A DNA stretch of 64,000 nt from Diplonema japonicum (lineage: Eukaryota; Protista; Euglenozoa: Diplonemea), in the NCBI GenBank assembly GCA_964019335.1, contig OZ025687.1:496001-560000 (forward strand). The letters run 5' to 3'. The notes beneath the pieces are model-generated. The model was given only the letters and a program-made list of their open reading frames with translations, was not told where the DNA came from and did no database searches. Position numbers and translations under genes: made by a program. Shown piece after piece: positions 13,555-25,806 of this stretch; the stretch's first letter is position 1; the number at the start of each line of letters is the position of its first letter.

Positions 13555-15990
13555 GGTGGGTTTCCCCCCTCTTTTTTTTATTCTCCCATTCTCTCGAAGA
13601 AAGAAAAAAAAAAAAAAACGAAAAAAAGGTAAAAAAAAAACGAAAAAAAATAGCCTCATTCATTTTTTTTTGTTTTTTTCCCTCAAATTTCTCTCCCCCT
13701 TTTTATTTTCTTCTCTTTTTTTTTCTTTTCCGAATTCCGGTTTAGTTTTAGAAGAGGTACGGGGAAAAAAAAAAGTGGGGAGTTAGAAAGAAGGGGGGGA
13801 AAAAAGAAAGAAAGAAAGAAAGAACAGAAAAGAGAAAGCAAAGGGGGAAAAGGGGGAGGAAGAAAAAAAAAGAAGGGAAAATAAAAAAAAACCTTTTTTT
13901 TTCGAGTCCTTAGCAGAGGAAATTAATAAAAGGGTGATCAATACTCTCCTTTCCCTAAAACTGTTTTTTTTCTCTTCTCCCCTCCCAATTGTTGATAGTG
14001 CAAAATCTCTTTTAAATAAATTATTTTACCTTCCCCCCTCCCTTGCCCTGTCCTTTATTTCATCTTCACCCCTGTCTCTTTCTGGCGTAAGGGAAGAGAA
14101 CAAGAAAAAAAGTTAAAAAAGAAAAAAAGTGTGATTCGCACTTCATATACACCCTTTTTTTTTTGAGTGCCGTAAAAACATTCATCCCTATTTCATCTTC
14201 ACCCCCCTTTTTCTTTTTTTTATTCTTTCTTCTTTTTTTCTCTTTTTTTTTCTCTTCAGTTTGAGCAATTTTTTTCCATTCGATTTGCTCATATGAAGAA
14301 ACAAAAAAAAAAAAAAACAACCAAAACCATATCCCCCCTTTCCTTTTTTTTTCTTTTCTTTTTTTTTTTTTTTCGAAATTATTGTTTCAACTGAATAGGG
14401 GTTTACAAGGGACGAAGAAAGGGAGAAAGGAAAAAAAAAAAAAAAAAAAAACAGAAAAATAGTGGCATAAGAGAAATAAAAGACCCTTGAGAGGGGAATA
14501 TCTCTTGGTCCGCGAGGCTAGTTCAGCCATGAAATCTTTCCTCCTCTATTGTGCGTTGTGTTTTTTTTCTTTTTTTTTTTTTTTTTTTTTTCTTTTTTTT
14601 TAATTTCCACGTCGTGTGTTGTAGGGAAATGGGTAGCCTCGATAAAAGTACAAGAAAATAAAATGAAATACCCTTCCTTACACTTTTTTTTTTCTCTTTT
14701 TTTTTTTCATTTCAATAGAGTTGATAGATAAGAGGCAACCCCGGTTAGAACTAGCACTCTGCATTTCGTTCTCTTTTCTCCCTTCATTAAAAAAAAAAAA
14801 AAATCTTTTTTCTTCTTCTGATGGGTATATTTGCTAACACTTTCTTCCCTTCTCATCATGACCACATTTCGAGATTTCATCTTTTCTTTTATTATTATTT
14901 TTTTTTTTCTTATTTCTTTTTTTTTTTTAAATTAGAAAACAAAAAAAAATAAAAGAGACCGTAAAATCGCACGTAAAAATATTTTTTTCTTTTTTTTTTT
15001 TGTATTTCACATTTTCTTTTTTTCCTTTATAGTTTATTCCAATTATTCTTTTTCAAAAAAGTAAAATCGTGGTACCCCCCCCCCCCCCCCCCCGTTGCTC
15101 TCCTTTTCCTTATTTCATCCTTTTTGAAAGAGAAGGCCCATGCCGGTAAAATCACTCGAGATGCCAGACGCGAGAAGAAGAAAAAGGGAACTGAACGTAC
15201 CATCAAAAGACCCCACCCCCCTCCACCCCCCGCTTCGATGACAGTAAAGCAGTACAGCTAGCACCAGCTTTCTGTGGAAGAGGTTCTTGCAAAAGATTAT
15301 ATGTTAAAAGAAAAAAAAAAAATATATATCTGCCACTCAGGGCACCTTAATTCTAACCCTATTATCGCCTTAAGAAAAGGCGTTAAAAAAAAAAGTAGCA
15401 TGTGCGGAGGGGGAACATTTCTGATGAAAGGGAGGGGGGGAAATACGCAAAATGAAAAGGAAAAGATTAAGAGAAGGAACAAAAAAAAAAAAAAAGAAAA
15501 AAAAAACGTAAGGCTAACAACCATCTATCCCTTATTTTTTTATTTGCTTTATTGTGTTTTTTTTTTTTTTTATTTGCATTTTTTTTATTCCATTCAATTT
15601 CCTTTCCCCCTCCCATTTGTTTTTTTGTTTTTTTTTTCCTTCCCCCTCCTTCCCCCATTCACATGGCACTTGTTTCCTCTCTTTTTTTTTTTTTTTTTCC
15701 CTTCACATTATTCCTCATTTCTTTTTGTGGGTAGTTCCCCCCCCTTTACTCTGCTTCCATTTCATTCTCTCTTTCACACCGGCCCTTTAAGGCGTGTGAA
15801 CAAGAGAACAGGGAAGAAATAGAGTAGAGGCGGGGAAAAGAAAGAAAATGAAGACCTAACCAAAGATTTTCTCCTTTTTTTATTTTTTTTTATTTTTTAT
15901 ATTCTTTCTTTTTCGTTTCCTCTATTTTACTTTATTCTCTCCTCATCACTCTTATTCATCCTTTTCTTTTTTTTTTTTTTTCTTTTGTGT

Positions 15991-16029
<39 letters not shown>

Positions 16030-16111
16030 CTATTCTTGTTCCCAGCATGATCTCAAAAAAAAAAAAAAAAAATCCCAAAGGGTAAAAAAAAAAAAAAAAA
16101 AGGAGAACAGC

Positions 16112-16272
16112 ATGCAAGCCGAACAATGGAGTGCTTACTATGATGAGGAAGCAGATGACTTCTCTGAATTCAAGAGATTCGAAATACCTGATGACGTGCC
16201 TTTGAGGCAGCTGAGTGGGAGCATTGTAGAGGAAGAGAATGCGAAGGAATGGGAGGAGGATTGGGAAGATGA

Positions 16273-16313
<41 letters not shown>

Positions 16314-16372
16314 AGGACAAGGAAGACACCTATCAACACATCGCCACTCGCCTAACCTCTGAAAGGAAATAA
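16112..16372 (+). CDS. SEM1: Sem1/Dss1 (26S proteasome lid subunit); intron 16274-16315
   Basis: Acidic motifs DEEADDFSEF and WEEDWEDE. Removing GT-A37-CAG eliminates the spurious poly-Lys and gives WEDE|DKEDTYQHIATRL. Confidence 0.8.
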
Positions 16373-16964
16373 AAAAACTTTAAAAACCCCACCCAAGGAG
16401 GGGAGAGAAGGGAAAAAAAAAGATAATTTTTAGAGCCTTTTGAACAAAAAAAAAGGAGGAGGGGGTGGGGCGGGGGGATCTTTTAGCCCCCGCTCCCCCC
16501 GTCATTTCCTGAAATTTAGAAAAACACAAAAAACTTTTTTTTTAAAAAATTCTTTTATGGAATTCCTAACTAACCGAGAAGTGGGGGGGGGGGTGGAAAA
16601 GGGAAAAAGTGTGTGTTTAAGGTTATTATTTATTTGTTATTTATTCTTTTCTACCTATATAGTTCCAGCACTCAACAAACCGACGTGCGTTTGCTTTTCC
16701 CTGGCGTCTCGTCCCACCACCGTCGATCCCTCTGGCTTAACATGACAATAATAAAGATCTTACCCCCGTCGTCGCATAACGGTCAGTCTGTCCTTGTCTA
16801 TTTAGTGTTGCTCCAAAGGCAGCGTGCATACCTCACCCTCTGCTCCGGGAGCTTCAGATAACTGTTGAAGGTGAGGAGCCACGAGATGTGTTCGAAAAAA
16901 AAAAAAAAAAAAAAAAAAAAACTGAGAGCTACCTAGGGGGAAGAGGGGAGAAGAAAAAAAGAAA

Positions 16965-19900
16965 ATGAACCTTCAAGAAGGCAATGAAACAGCTTTATTA
17001 GCAGAGGTAGAAACAGGAGAGGCAGGTGGTAAGGTGATGGTGTGGGCTAAGGAAGAGGTGTGGATGGGTAGAAAGAAGGGAGGTGTCTGCATACGGGACA
17101 TGTGCAGCGGGAGAGAGATTGCAGAAGTAACTGACAAAAGCGGGGAGGCTTTCTGTAGACAGAACACACACGCCACAGCAATGCTGCGACACGAAACGAG
17201 TGAAGTTGTATGGGTGGGGTTCAACGATGGTGGCATGGCCGTCATATGTGCTGAGACCTATCAATGCCGGCATGAGTGGAAACCCCATACGGGCACGGTG
17301 CACTCCATCACGGTGTCTGATGGCCCCGACCCTACCTTCTACACTTCTGGCGAGGACCGCCAGATCCGTTCCTTCACAGGCTTCCCTCCAAAATGCACCG
17401 CCACCTACACGCAGCATCACGCCCCTGTCCTCTCTCTCCTTCACACTCCTACCGGTCTTTTCTCAGGCTCTTCTGACGGTTACCTCTACCACTGGGCGTC
17501 TTCATCTCCCGCAACACACAAAGCCCATGCCAACGGCTGCCTTATCCTTGCCGCCCATCCACGAAACCCGCTTGAACTGTGGTCTGGTGGAGGTGACGGT
17601 GGCATCTGCATATGGGCGCACGAGGGCGGGAAGCCCCTAAAAATGACAAAGCAGTTGCAGCAACACCCGGGTCCTGTGACCACGCTCCTGCAAGTTGCAA
17701 ACAAAATGATCAGCATGGACAAGCACGGGGTGGTGGTGGTGTGGGACGGGTACGAAGCAGTGCAGCGGATATCCCCCGAAGGAGCAGGCGGGTGGCAGCG
17801 GCATGGGATCAGCGCAGGCTGCCTTGTGGGGCGCGTTGTGTCGTGGAGGTTTTGGACAACAGGCGGAGACGGACGGATCAAGGTGTGGGGGTGCCCCGCA
17901 GAGTCAGAAGCGCAAATGGTGTCGGACCTCATGACATGGAACAGCGAGTTACAAGCAGCAAACACCAACCTGGAAACCGCCGTTGCCGCTCTGCAGGTAC
18001 GAGCAGATCACGTCGCAGAGGTCACCGAGTCCAATGCCAACATAGAAGCCACCATGCACTCTGCGATCACGTCTTTGAAGAATGTGCACGAAGCCCAGCT
18101 GAAAGAAGCTAGCAAACACCACCTCTTAGAGCTTGAGAAACTTCGCAACATGCACTTTGCACACACCAAAGGACTCAGTTCCAAGCACACTAAAGAAGTG
18201 GCGGCGATTCGTGCTGAAGTAGCAAGCATTGAGGCTGCGAAGATAGAGATGATGGAGCGCTACGAGGTATGCAGTGCAGCATGACCGTCACAACCCCACA
18301 GGAGGACACACAGCAGAAGGAGGAGGAGATGCAAGACGCTCTCAAGCGTGAGAGTGTGTCTCTGAAAGGTCTCACAAAGCAGTGCGAGGTATGATGACAC
18401 CACCTGTGCAACACCGACAGGCTGAGGCTACAGAACTGACAAGAACATACACTGCCGAGATAGAGGGGATTCAACACAAGTGCTCAGAGGAAGTCCGAGG
18501 ACTCACCGAAGAACTGGAACGGGAACAAGAAAGGTGTCGTAAACTGGAACAGCAGGTTGAGGAAAGCACTGAGTATGTGAAGGAGGTCCGTGAACGGCAA
18601 GCAGAGCTTGCCGAGATCGTGAAAGGAATGCCTGCTGTGAAGGCTTTGGAGGAGAAGGTAGTGGCTCTTGAGGAAGAACTGAAGACAGTCCTAGATGTAC
18701 CTGCACCTCTGGTTGCTTCCCTTCAGACTGAAATTGAAACCTTGCAAACCGCGCTTGCTGAGAAGGAGCGGGAACTCTCCCGCCCGGTCCCGACAATTCC
18801 TGTTGCTGCACCTCCTGCCCCCGATCTTGTCTGCTCCCTGCAGGCTGAGGTTGCGCTCCTCCAAACCAGGCTTATGGAGAAGGAACGGGATCACGCTAGC
18901 CGCCCAGTCGCGATCCATATACCGAAGCCCGCTCCTGTGACCCCCTATGCTGTCCCTAATGTGCACACACCACGAGCGCACCAGCAGGTCCTTGACGCCG
19001 TGGAGAGGTACAGGTCTGAAGTGCAGAAGTTGGGCGACGAGGTCTCTGTAGGGAAGAAGCACGAGTCTCTTAGCAGACAAGTCGACAGCAACAACACTGT
19101 TATTGCACATCTGGAGGCACAGCTTGACGCTGCCCTGCGCACATCCGGGGAACTGGAAGGCAAGGCATCAGGGCTAGAGATGGCACTTTCGAACGCACAG
19201 GCACAACTGATGGCCGCAAAGGCCGATCAGGAACACGCTGTCGGGACGCTGCGAGGAGTGGAAGCGTCGCTGGAAAAAGCACTACATGAGAAACAGCTCG
19301 TGGAAATGCAAAACAGGACGTTGGAGGATAGGATGCAGGTGAGGATTGAGGAAGCGGAGGTGTTGCAGGGACACCTGGCCCTGTCACAGAGGACGCTGTG
19401 TGAGAAGCAGCAACAGTTTGAGGCGGAGAAAAACGAGTACTTAAAATGTACAGACAGGCTGCAGGAGGTAGTGGAAACTGTGGGGACAGAGAGGGACGTG
19501 CTGGGGAAGCTGGTGGGAACACTGGAAGGGGAGCTGAAGGAGGAGAGGCGGATGGCGGACGAAAACGGAACGCGGTGGGTGGAATCCGAGACAAGCTTAA
19601 AAGTTTTAAAATATGAGAAAGAAGAAATGCTGCTCAAGACACAAGAAGCTGACTACGCGATGACACAGCTTACCTCAGCGAACGCCGCCATACAAGATGA
19701 ATTGTCTGCCATGAGGGACTCCCTGGCAGAAGTGTGCGAGTCAGAGAGTCACCTCAAGACAAGAATCATTTCCCTCCTTGAAGAACGTGACGCCTCCCTG
19801 CAAGACCTCGACTCCCTGAAGCTTGCGTACAACGACCTCGAGAGGGAGGCTCCCGTCATTGCCCCGCCAAATACCCTTGCCTCTGAGCTCTCCAACATCA

Positions 19901-20034
19901 CTTCAAGCAGCCCATGGATCCTGTCCCAGCTTAAATCCCTCCAAGATGGGCTGGATCAAACCCACCTTACACGAGAGGAACTACAAGCCAAGACAGCATA
20001 CTTGGTGGATCTCATTGCAATGGCGGTTTCGTAA
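16965..20034 (+). CDS. WD40-repeat plus long coiled-coil protein; introns 18267-18301 and 18389-18420
   Basis: WD-like repeats (HTGTVHSI..SGEDRQIR, HAPVLSL..SGSSDG, GGDGGICIW, GGDGRIKVW). Two phase-0 GT-AG introns and an 87-nt middle exon link ORFs 16965..18284 and 18382..20034 in frame. Confidence 0.85.
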
Positions 20035-20063
20035 TAAAAAAGATCGGCGGAAACTATGTATAC

Positions 20064-20099
<36 letters not shown>

Positions 20100-20272
20100 A
20101 ATAAAAAAACTCAATGTTGTATCCTTTAGAATTAGTAACATCACCCCCCTCCCCCTCTCGGAATGTACTTCCATGTTATTTACTATTCCCTTTTTTTTTT
20201 GTTGACGACCTTAAGAACACCACAGTTTCACACTCTTAAAAAAAAAAAGAAAAAAAAAGAAAACCAACAACC

Positions 20273-23200
20273 ATGGTAACAAGGGTAGCGGTAGGAGTGC
20301 TGCTGGCAGCAACATGCTTGGTAAGCGCTGCGGAGAGTGAGGAGATGCCGCCGTTCAGCATCAGCAGCTTCAAGGAGGACCTTGCGGACGAGGCGAAGGA
20401 CTACCTGATCACGAAGAGCGTGGACTTTGTGACGGAGCACCTGCAGGACTCCTCTGTGTTCCAGGAGGTGATGTCCGAGCTCGGGATGGGGAAGGTGAAG
20501 GCTTTCTGGGACCGGATCAGCGGGGCGCTGAACGGGTACACGCCGTCCGAGGCACAGCTGGTGGCGCTGGAGGGGTACGTTGCGAAGTGGGACGCGATGA
20601 AGGAGGCGGCGTCGAACATCTGCTCGTCGGCGGACGCGGGGAAGCGACAGGGGCAAGTGCTGGCGGCCGGTGAGGCGAGGTTTGTTGCTGCAGGGAAGTA
20701 CTCTTTGACGGCAGGTCCGCTGAACGGGTTTGCGCAGTTCATGATCGACGACAAGGGTGTGGTGAGCCCCGCGGTTGCCCTCGGGTTCACGCTGGCGCCT
20801 GGTACGGAGTGCTCGGAGAAGGCGGAGAAGACGTGCAGCGTGCAGGGGAAGACTTGCAACTCCAAGGGGGACGACTGGGAGTGCACGTGCGACGGGTCCA
20901 GCTGCACCGTGGAGGACCTGTCGAAGGAGAAGGGCGACATCGACATCGACGAGTGCAAGCTGGACAGCAGCTTCTACCTGGAGCAGCCGTCGGAGGAGTA
21001 CAAGAAGTACGGGAAGCTCCCGGAGTGCAGCGCGGACCAGGAGTGCGAGGACACGGCTGGAAGCCTCGGGTCTGTGGAGTGCGTGGCGGCACCGAAGCCG
21101 TCGAAGAAGAAGGCCCTCATCCCGAAGGGGGAGGCTTTCGTGGAGCTGTCTGTGGAGACGGGGTCCGGGTTCACGCCCATTCCCGACACGCTGCTGCAGC
21201 TCCCCGCGCCCTACGACTACCTCACCTTCGTAATCAACTTCAAGACGCTGGCGATGAAGTTCCAGGTGGACCTTGTGAAGTACGAGGAGGAGGACTCGGA
21301 AGGGAGCTCGGACGGAGTGCGCGGGGCCTTCCTTGCCGGTCTGGAGCACATGAAGTCTCTGACGAAGCCGAGCCTGCAGGGGGCGGAGGAGCTTCTGCAG
21401 GGCTTCACCTTGATGGCGTACAAGCAGTTCCAGGGAGTGCAGACCCCGATCCCGTCGGCGTTGAACGTGCTCATCCCGATCGTGACCCCCGTGGTGAACG
21501 TGCTGCTGCAGGGGAAGATCGAGCTCCCGTTCTGCATCGGGAACTGCGCGGCGTCTGCGCCTGCCTCGTCGCACGTGTCTGGAGAGGGCGGGGTGAAGCT
21601 GATCGAGACGGACAGGGGGTGCAGGCCCGAGCTGTACGTGAACCTGGAGCAGCTGACGGTGGGGTCCTTCGCCATCGTGCTGCAGGAGATCACAACGATC
21701 CCGGGGCTGACGGATATCATCCAGGCGACGCCGTTCGCCGGTGTGGGGCTTGCGGAAGCGGACCTGTCGGCGACGGTGCTCGGGCTGACGGAGGTGGAGT
21801 TCTCCGTGAGCGGGTCGCCGAGGCTGGGCGGGGTGGACCTCGGGGTGCTGAACACGATCGCGAGCTTCCTGCGTGTCGGGGTGTCGGCGAAGATCGAGAA
21901 GACGACGACGACCATGACCCTGAGCCTCGCGACGAAGGGGATCGAGCTGTCGAACGAGTTCGCCTTCGCGGACCCGAAGGACGAGGGGGTGAAGTTCGAC
22001 ATCCAGAATGTGGCGGGCCCGATGCCCTCGTCGCGCACCTCTGTGTACCTCCCGTTCAGGGTGACGAAGCCTGAGGCGAACCCTGTGAACGGGAAGTACC
22101 TGTACTTCATCCTGTCAACGAGCTACGTGACGGCGTCGACGGTGGCGGGGATCAGCGGGACCTTCGAGATGGTGGGAACGTGGGAGAAGGCCTTCGGGAT
22201 CCCCTTCGTGCAGCTGTCGGACGTGACCGTGTCTGTTGGGATCGACTTCACCATCATCTTCGAGCTGGAGCTGGCCGGGAAGGTGTGCCTCGGGTCGCAG
22301 CAGGCGTGCCGTGACGGGGACTCGACGAAGTCCATCACCGGGGGGGGCGCCGTGCGCTACGACCGAACGGACGCAACGAAGAACTACGTGATGGCCTACC
22401 TGGACGGGAGCCTCACCCTGACCACCATGTTCGGGCTGTTCGAGCTGGAGAAGATCGGGATCCCGACTATTCTGAGCACCGACCAGGTTGGCTTCTTCCC
22501 CTACAAAGACGGCTGTGAGCCGAGCGACTTCTCGTGCAAGCTTCGCTTCTCCTACTCGGCCGGGGTGGAGGACGCGATGATCAACGGGGTCACGGTGCCC
22601 GGGGGCTTCTACCTGCAGGGAGCGATCAAGCTTCCCGGCTTCCACATGCGCGGCTTCGTGCAGTTCTCGCGCCTGCAAGGGAGGTACGAGATCGACATGG
22701 AGGGGCGCTTCGAGTTCAAGGTGGCGGGGACCGAGATCATCACTGTGGAGGGGACGACCCCTGGGAGCGACGCCCGCTTCCACGTCCTGGCCAGCGTGAT
22801 GGAGGGAGTGCTCGTCGACATCGAGGGCTCCTTCAACGTCCCGATCCTGCTCTCGCACGGTGACGCGTCCATCCAGGTGAACGGCGAAGAGGTGTCGATG
22901 ACGTCGAAGTCGCTGTCGCTGTTCGGCGGTGCTGTCTCGGGCAGCGGGACGGCTCGCTGGACTTGGAACTCCGTGCAGCTGAAGGTGCATGCCAACGTTG
23001 ACCTCTCGCCGCCCCTCACCACCGTGAGCCTGGGCTCCGGGTCCATCGACGTGGACGTGTCGCCCTCGGGTGCCAGCTTCGACATCGCGGTCACCGTCAT
23101 CGGCTACACGCAGCACGTGAGCGCCTCGATCACGAAGGAACACCTCTCGTTCGGGTTCGGTGTGGACGCAGGGCTCGTCTCCCTCGACATCTCTGTCGGC

Positions 23201-24622
23201 GTCAACATCCAGCACTACAAGGACGCGGGGTCGTGGATGGTCATGGTTAAGCCACAGTTCAACGGCAAGTTTGCGGAGGAGGTCGGGAAGTTCGTCGGCA
23301 ATGGCGTCACTAAAGTCGCTGAGGCAGTCCTCAATGCAGTGCACCAGGTCTCAACGATGGCCGAGCACATCGTGTTCGGGTCTATCGAAAGAGCTAAGGG
23401 CACACTCATGACGTACTTCGAGGGTGTGGACAACTTGATCCATTCGCTCGACAAGTTCGGCTCGATCGCTGTTGACGCGCTTGGGGACCTGGACCACACC
23501 ATGAGCGAAGTGATGGGCGAGGTTGGCGGTGCGTTGGAAGACGTGGCCGACACCTTCAGCAGCATCGGCGGCTCTGTCGGTGGCTTCCTTGGGGGTCTTG
23601 GCGGGAGCATCGGTGGGATCTTCTCGGAGAAGCAACACGTGCTGTCGAGGAAGGGCCGTGTCCTCGGTGCCTCTATCCGCCGCGGTGCGAATGTCGACGA
23701 CGCTGGCCGCGCCCTTCTGGACGTTGCGATGATGGTGAGCGACGCCTCTGCGGCCAAGCACCTTGAGGCAAGGACGGCAGCTTTGAAGAAGGAACAGACG
23801 GAAGTGGTCAACACGATCAAGAAAACGGACTTCCAGCCGTCGATCTCCAGCTTCGGAAACCCTTATTTGTCAGCAAACAACCCCACCGCCTCGCTGAGCC
23901 TTGGGGTGTTCTTCGGCAAGGTGTCCTTCGGGCAGACGTACGTGCACGCAGGGAACAAGATCGACATCAGCAAGGACAAGATCCAAGGCAGCCTGGACGG
24001 TCTGAAGGCAAACATCGGACAGCAGGGAACTGACCGGATCAACAAGCAGGTTCCCCAGAAGGCTGCCGACCAGGCGAAGGTGCTCGACGACAACGCACAT
24101 CCAACTGAGGTGTACAACAAGTGGATGAGCGACCCGGGGTACCCGTACGCGTCGAGTGTGGGCAACGGGAACCCCTGTGAGAACAGAGGTCTGCGCAGCA
24201 TCAACAGCAGGTGCTCGAGCGACCACTGCACCTTCGACTACACGTGCGCAGGAAAGCAGCTTGAGAGGTGCCACGAGACCTTCTCCTTTCAGAACGCGTA
24301 CGACGTGCAGAAGGGGTTCAGGCTGGTCAACTTTGTCCCGATGCACTGCCCCTTCAACATGATCATGTCCGTGACGCAGAAGGGAGACGGCATCGTCCGC
24401 CTCCTGTGCTGCAACCCTGCTGCGGGGTACACAGTTGAGAAGAAGCAGCAGAGTGCCTGCGCTGTGAAGAGGCTCTTTGACGGCGAGGGCCGCACTCCTA
24501 TGTACAGGACCGCAAGCTGCGGGCCCACAAAATACCTCACAGGCGTGTTCAGCAGTCCCTGCACAGATGTCAAGGGTGACTTCTACAAGACTGACTTCAC
24601 GTGCAAGGAGTTCAGCGAATAA
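20273..24622 (+). CDS. 1449-aa secreted protein with Cys-rich EGF-like segments, a long beta-rich core, a Gly-rich amphipathic region and a Cys-rich C-terminus
   Basis: Signal peptide MVTRVAVGVLLAATCLVSA. Uninterrupted ORF with strongly G/C-ending codons. Confidence 0.85.
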   Translation: MVTRVAVGVLLAATCLVSAAESEEMPPFSISSFKEDLADEAKDYLITKSVDFVTEHLQDSSVFQEVMSELGMGKVKAFWDRISGALNGYTPSEAQLVALEGYVAKWDAMKEAASNICSSADAGKRQGQVLAAGEARFVAAGKYSLTAGPLNGFAQFMIDDKGVVSPAVALGFTLAPGTECSEKAEKTCSVQGKTCNSKGDDWECTCDGSSCTVEDLSKEKGDIDIDECKLDSSFYLEQPSEEYKKYGKLPECSADQECEDTAGSLGSVECVAAPKPSKKKALIPKGEAFVELSVETGSGFTPIPDTLLQLPAPYDYLTFVINFKTLAMKFQVDLVKYEEEDSEGSSDGVRGAFLAGLEHMKSLTKPSLQGAEELLQGFTLMAYKQFQGVQTPIPSALNVLIPIVTPVVNVLLQGKIELPFCIGNCAASAPASSHVSGEGGVKLIETDRGCRPELYVNLEQLTVGSFAIVLQEITTIPGLTDIIQATPFAGVGLAEADLSATVLGLTEVEFSVSGSPRLGGVDLGVLNTIASFLRVGVSAKIEKTTTTMTLSLATKGIELSNEFAFADPKDEGVKFDIQNVAGPMPSSRTSVYLPFRVTKPEANPVNGKYLYFILSTSYVTASTVAGISGTFEMVGTWEKAFGIPFVQLSDVTVSVGIDFTIIFELELAGKVCLGSQQACRDGDSTKSITGGGAVRYDRTDATKNYVMAYLDGSLTLTTMFGLFELEKIGIPTILSTDQVGFFPYKDGCEPSDFSCKLRFSYSAGVEDAMINGVTVPGGFYLQGAIKLPGFHMRGFVQFSRLQGRYEIDMEGRFEFKVAGTEIITVEGTTPGSDARFHVLASVMEGVLVDIEGSFNVPILLSHGDASIQVNGEEVSMTSKSLSLFGGAVSGSGTARWTWNSVQLKVHANVDLSPPLTTVSLGSGSIDVDVSPSGASFDIAVTVIGYTQHVSASITKEHLSFGFGVDAGLVSLDISVGVNIQHYKDAGSWMVMVKPQFNGKFAEEVGKFVGNGVTKVAEAVLNAVHQVSTMAEHIVFGSIERAKGTLMTYFEGVDNLIHSLDKFGSIAVDALGDLDHTMSEVMGEVGGALEDVADTFSSIGGSVGGFLGGLGGSIGGIFSEKQHVLSRKGRVLGASIRRGANVDDAGRALLDVAMMVSDASAAKHLEARTAALKKEQTEVVNTIKKTDFQPSISSFGNPYLSANNPTASLSLGVFFGKVSFGQTYVHAGNKIDISKDKIQGSLDGLKANIGQQGTDRINKQVPQKAADQAKVLDDNAHPTEVYNKWMSDPGYPYASSVGNGNPCENRGLRSINSRCSSDHCTFDYTCAGKQLERCHETFSFQNAYDVQKGFRLVNFVPMHCPFNMIMSVTQKGDGIVRLLCCNPAAGYTVEKKQQSACAVKRLFDGEGRTPMYRTASCGPTKYLTGVFSSPCTDVKGDFYKTDFTCKEFSE

Positions 24623-25806
24623 GCAATTAATATAAAAAAATAAAAAATAAAAAAAAAAGCCCTGCTATTCACTAGCACTAGGTGCATCCTTCCTCATCAT
24701 TTAAATATTTTTTTTTAAACAAAAAGCTCTTTTTTTCCGCCCCCCCTTTTTTTTACCCCGTTTCTTTTTGTACTGGTACCATTAATCACAATGAATTTAT
24801 ACATTTTTTTTTTTTTCCCTTTTTTTTTCTTCCCCCCTTCTTTCTTCCCGCCTTTATTATTCGTGTTGCTTGTCCCATTATACCCTTTTTGCTTCTTGTA
24901 ATGGCCATTAAAAAGGTATCAAGCCAAGGAATAGGTGTGGTACCCTGTATAATGGTCATAACGGTGATGCAATTTTGGAGAAGGGGCAAATAAACTAAAA
25001 AAGAAAAAAGGCGTTATTTTCACACGTTTTAGTAGCTGTTTTTTTTTTCTCTTTTTAATTACAACAGTTCTCGTGTAGGTTTTTGTTCCCCTACGTCTTT
25101 TCTTCTTTTTTCCCTTTTTTTTTCCTGCTCCCTTTCACTGGGACAACAAAAAAAAAAGTCTATGTCCCTCCGCGCATGTTAACTTCTGATCTATGATCAT
25201 ATGAAGGTTAAGCCAGAGAACTGTAGGCTTTGGGGGGAAGGGATCTTTGAAAGTAAAGTGAACTGTAAAAATTTCAGTTCGCCACTTTATTTTAACCCCC
25301 CCCCCCCGGTTTTCTTTTTTGTTTGTTGTCCGTCCTCGACGTTCTCCGTCCTCTATCTTCGTTTTATTTTATATTTCTTCTTTGATACGTTTTTGCTTCC
25401 CATTTTTTTTTTTGCCCACCCTCCTTTTCTTTTGCATTCTTTTTTTTTATCTTCTAAACTCCTGCCTGCGTCTCTGTAGCTGTTATTAGAAAACAACTCT
25501 CGCATGTGCAGAAAAAAAAACGAAAATAAAAGAGGTGGGAACCAAAAAAAAAAAAAAATAATAATAGTATCTCGGTGTTTTCGTTCGCTTCCCACTCGTC
25601 CTGCTTCTGATCAACTCACCAAGGGCCCCCCGTGCCTGCGTGTCTCCGGAAGAGTGAGGTAAGAGAAAAAACAATGAGGTTGTCATTACCCCCCCCCCCC
25701 CCCCCCCCTCCCCGTTTTATATTTTACCCCATTTTCTCCTCCAATTATATTCCTTTTGTCACAATGCACTGTGTATCTTTATCACATCACAAACAGCTTT
25801 GCTTGC

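Noticed and set aside
9024-16100. Many Phe/Lys/Pro-rich ORFs here and in the other deserts
   Set aside because: Translations of homopolymer runs.
20228-23344. Long antisense and alternate-frame ORFs (448, 421, 409 aa)
   Set aside because: Shadows of the GC3-rich 1449-aa gene, with Arg/Gly/His-biased translations and no motifs.
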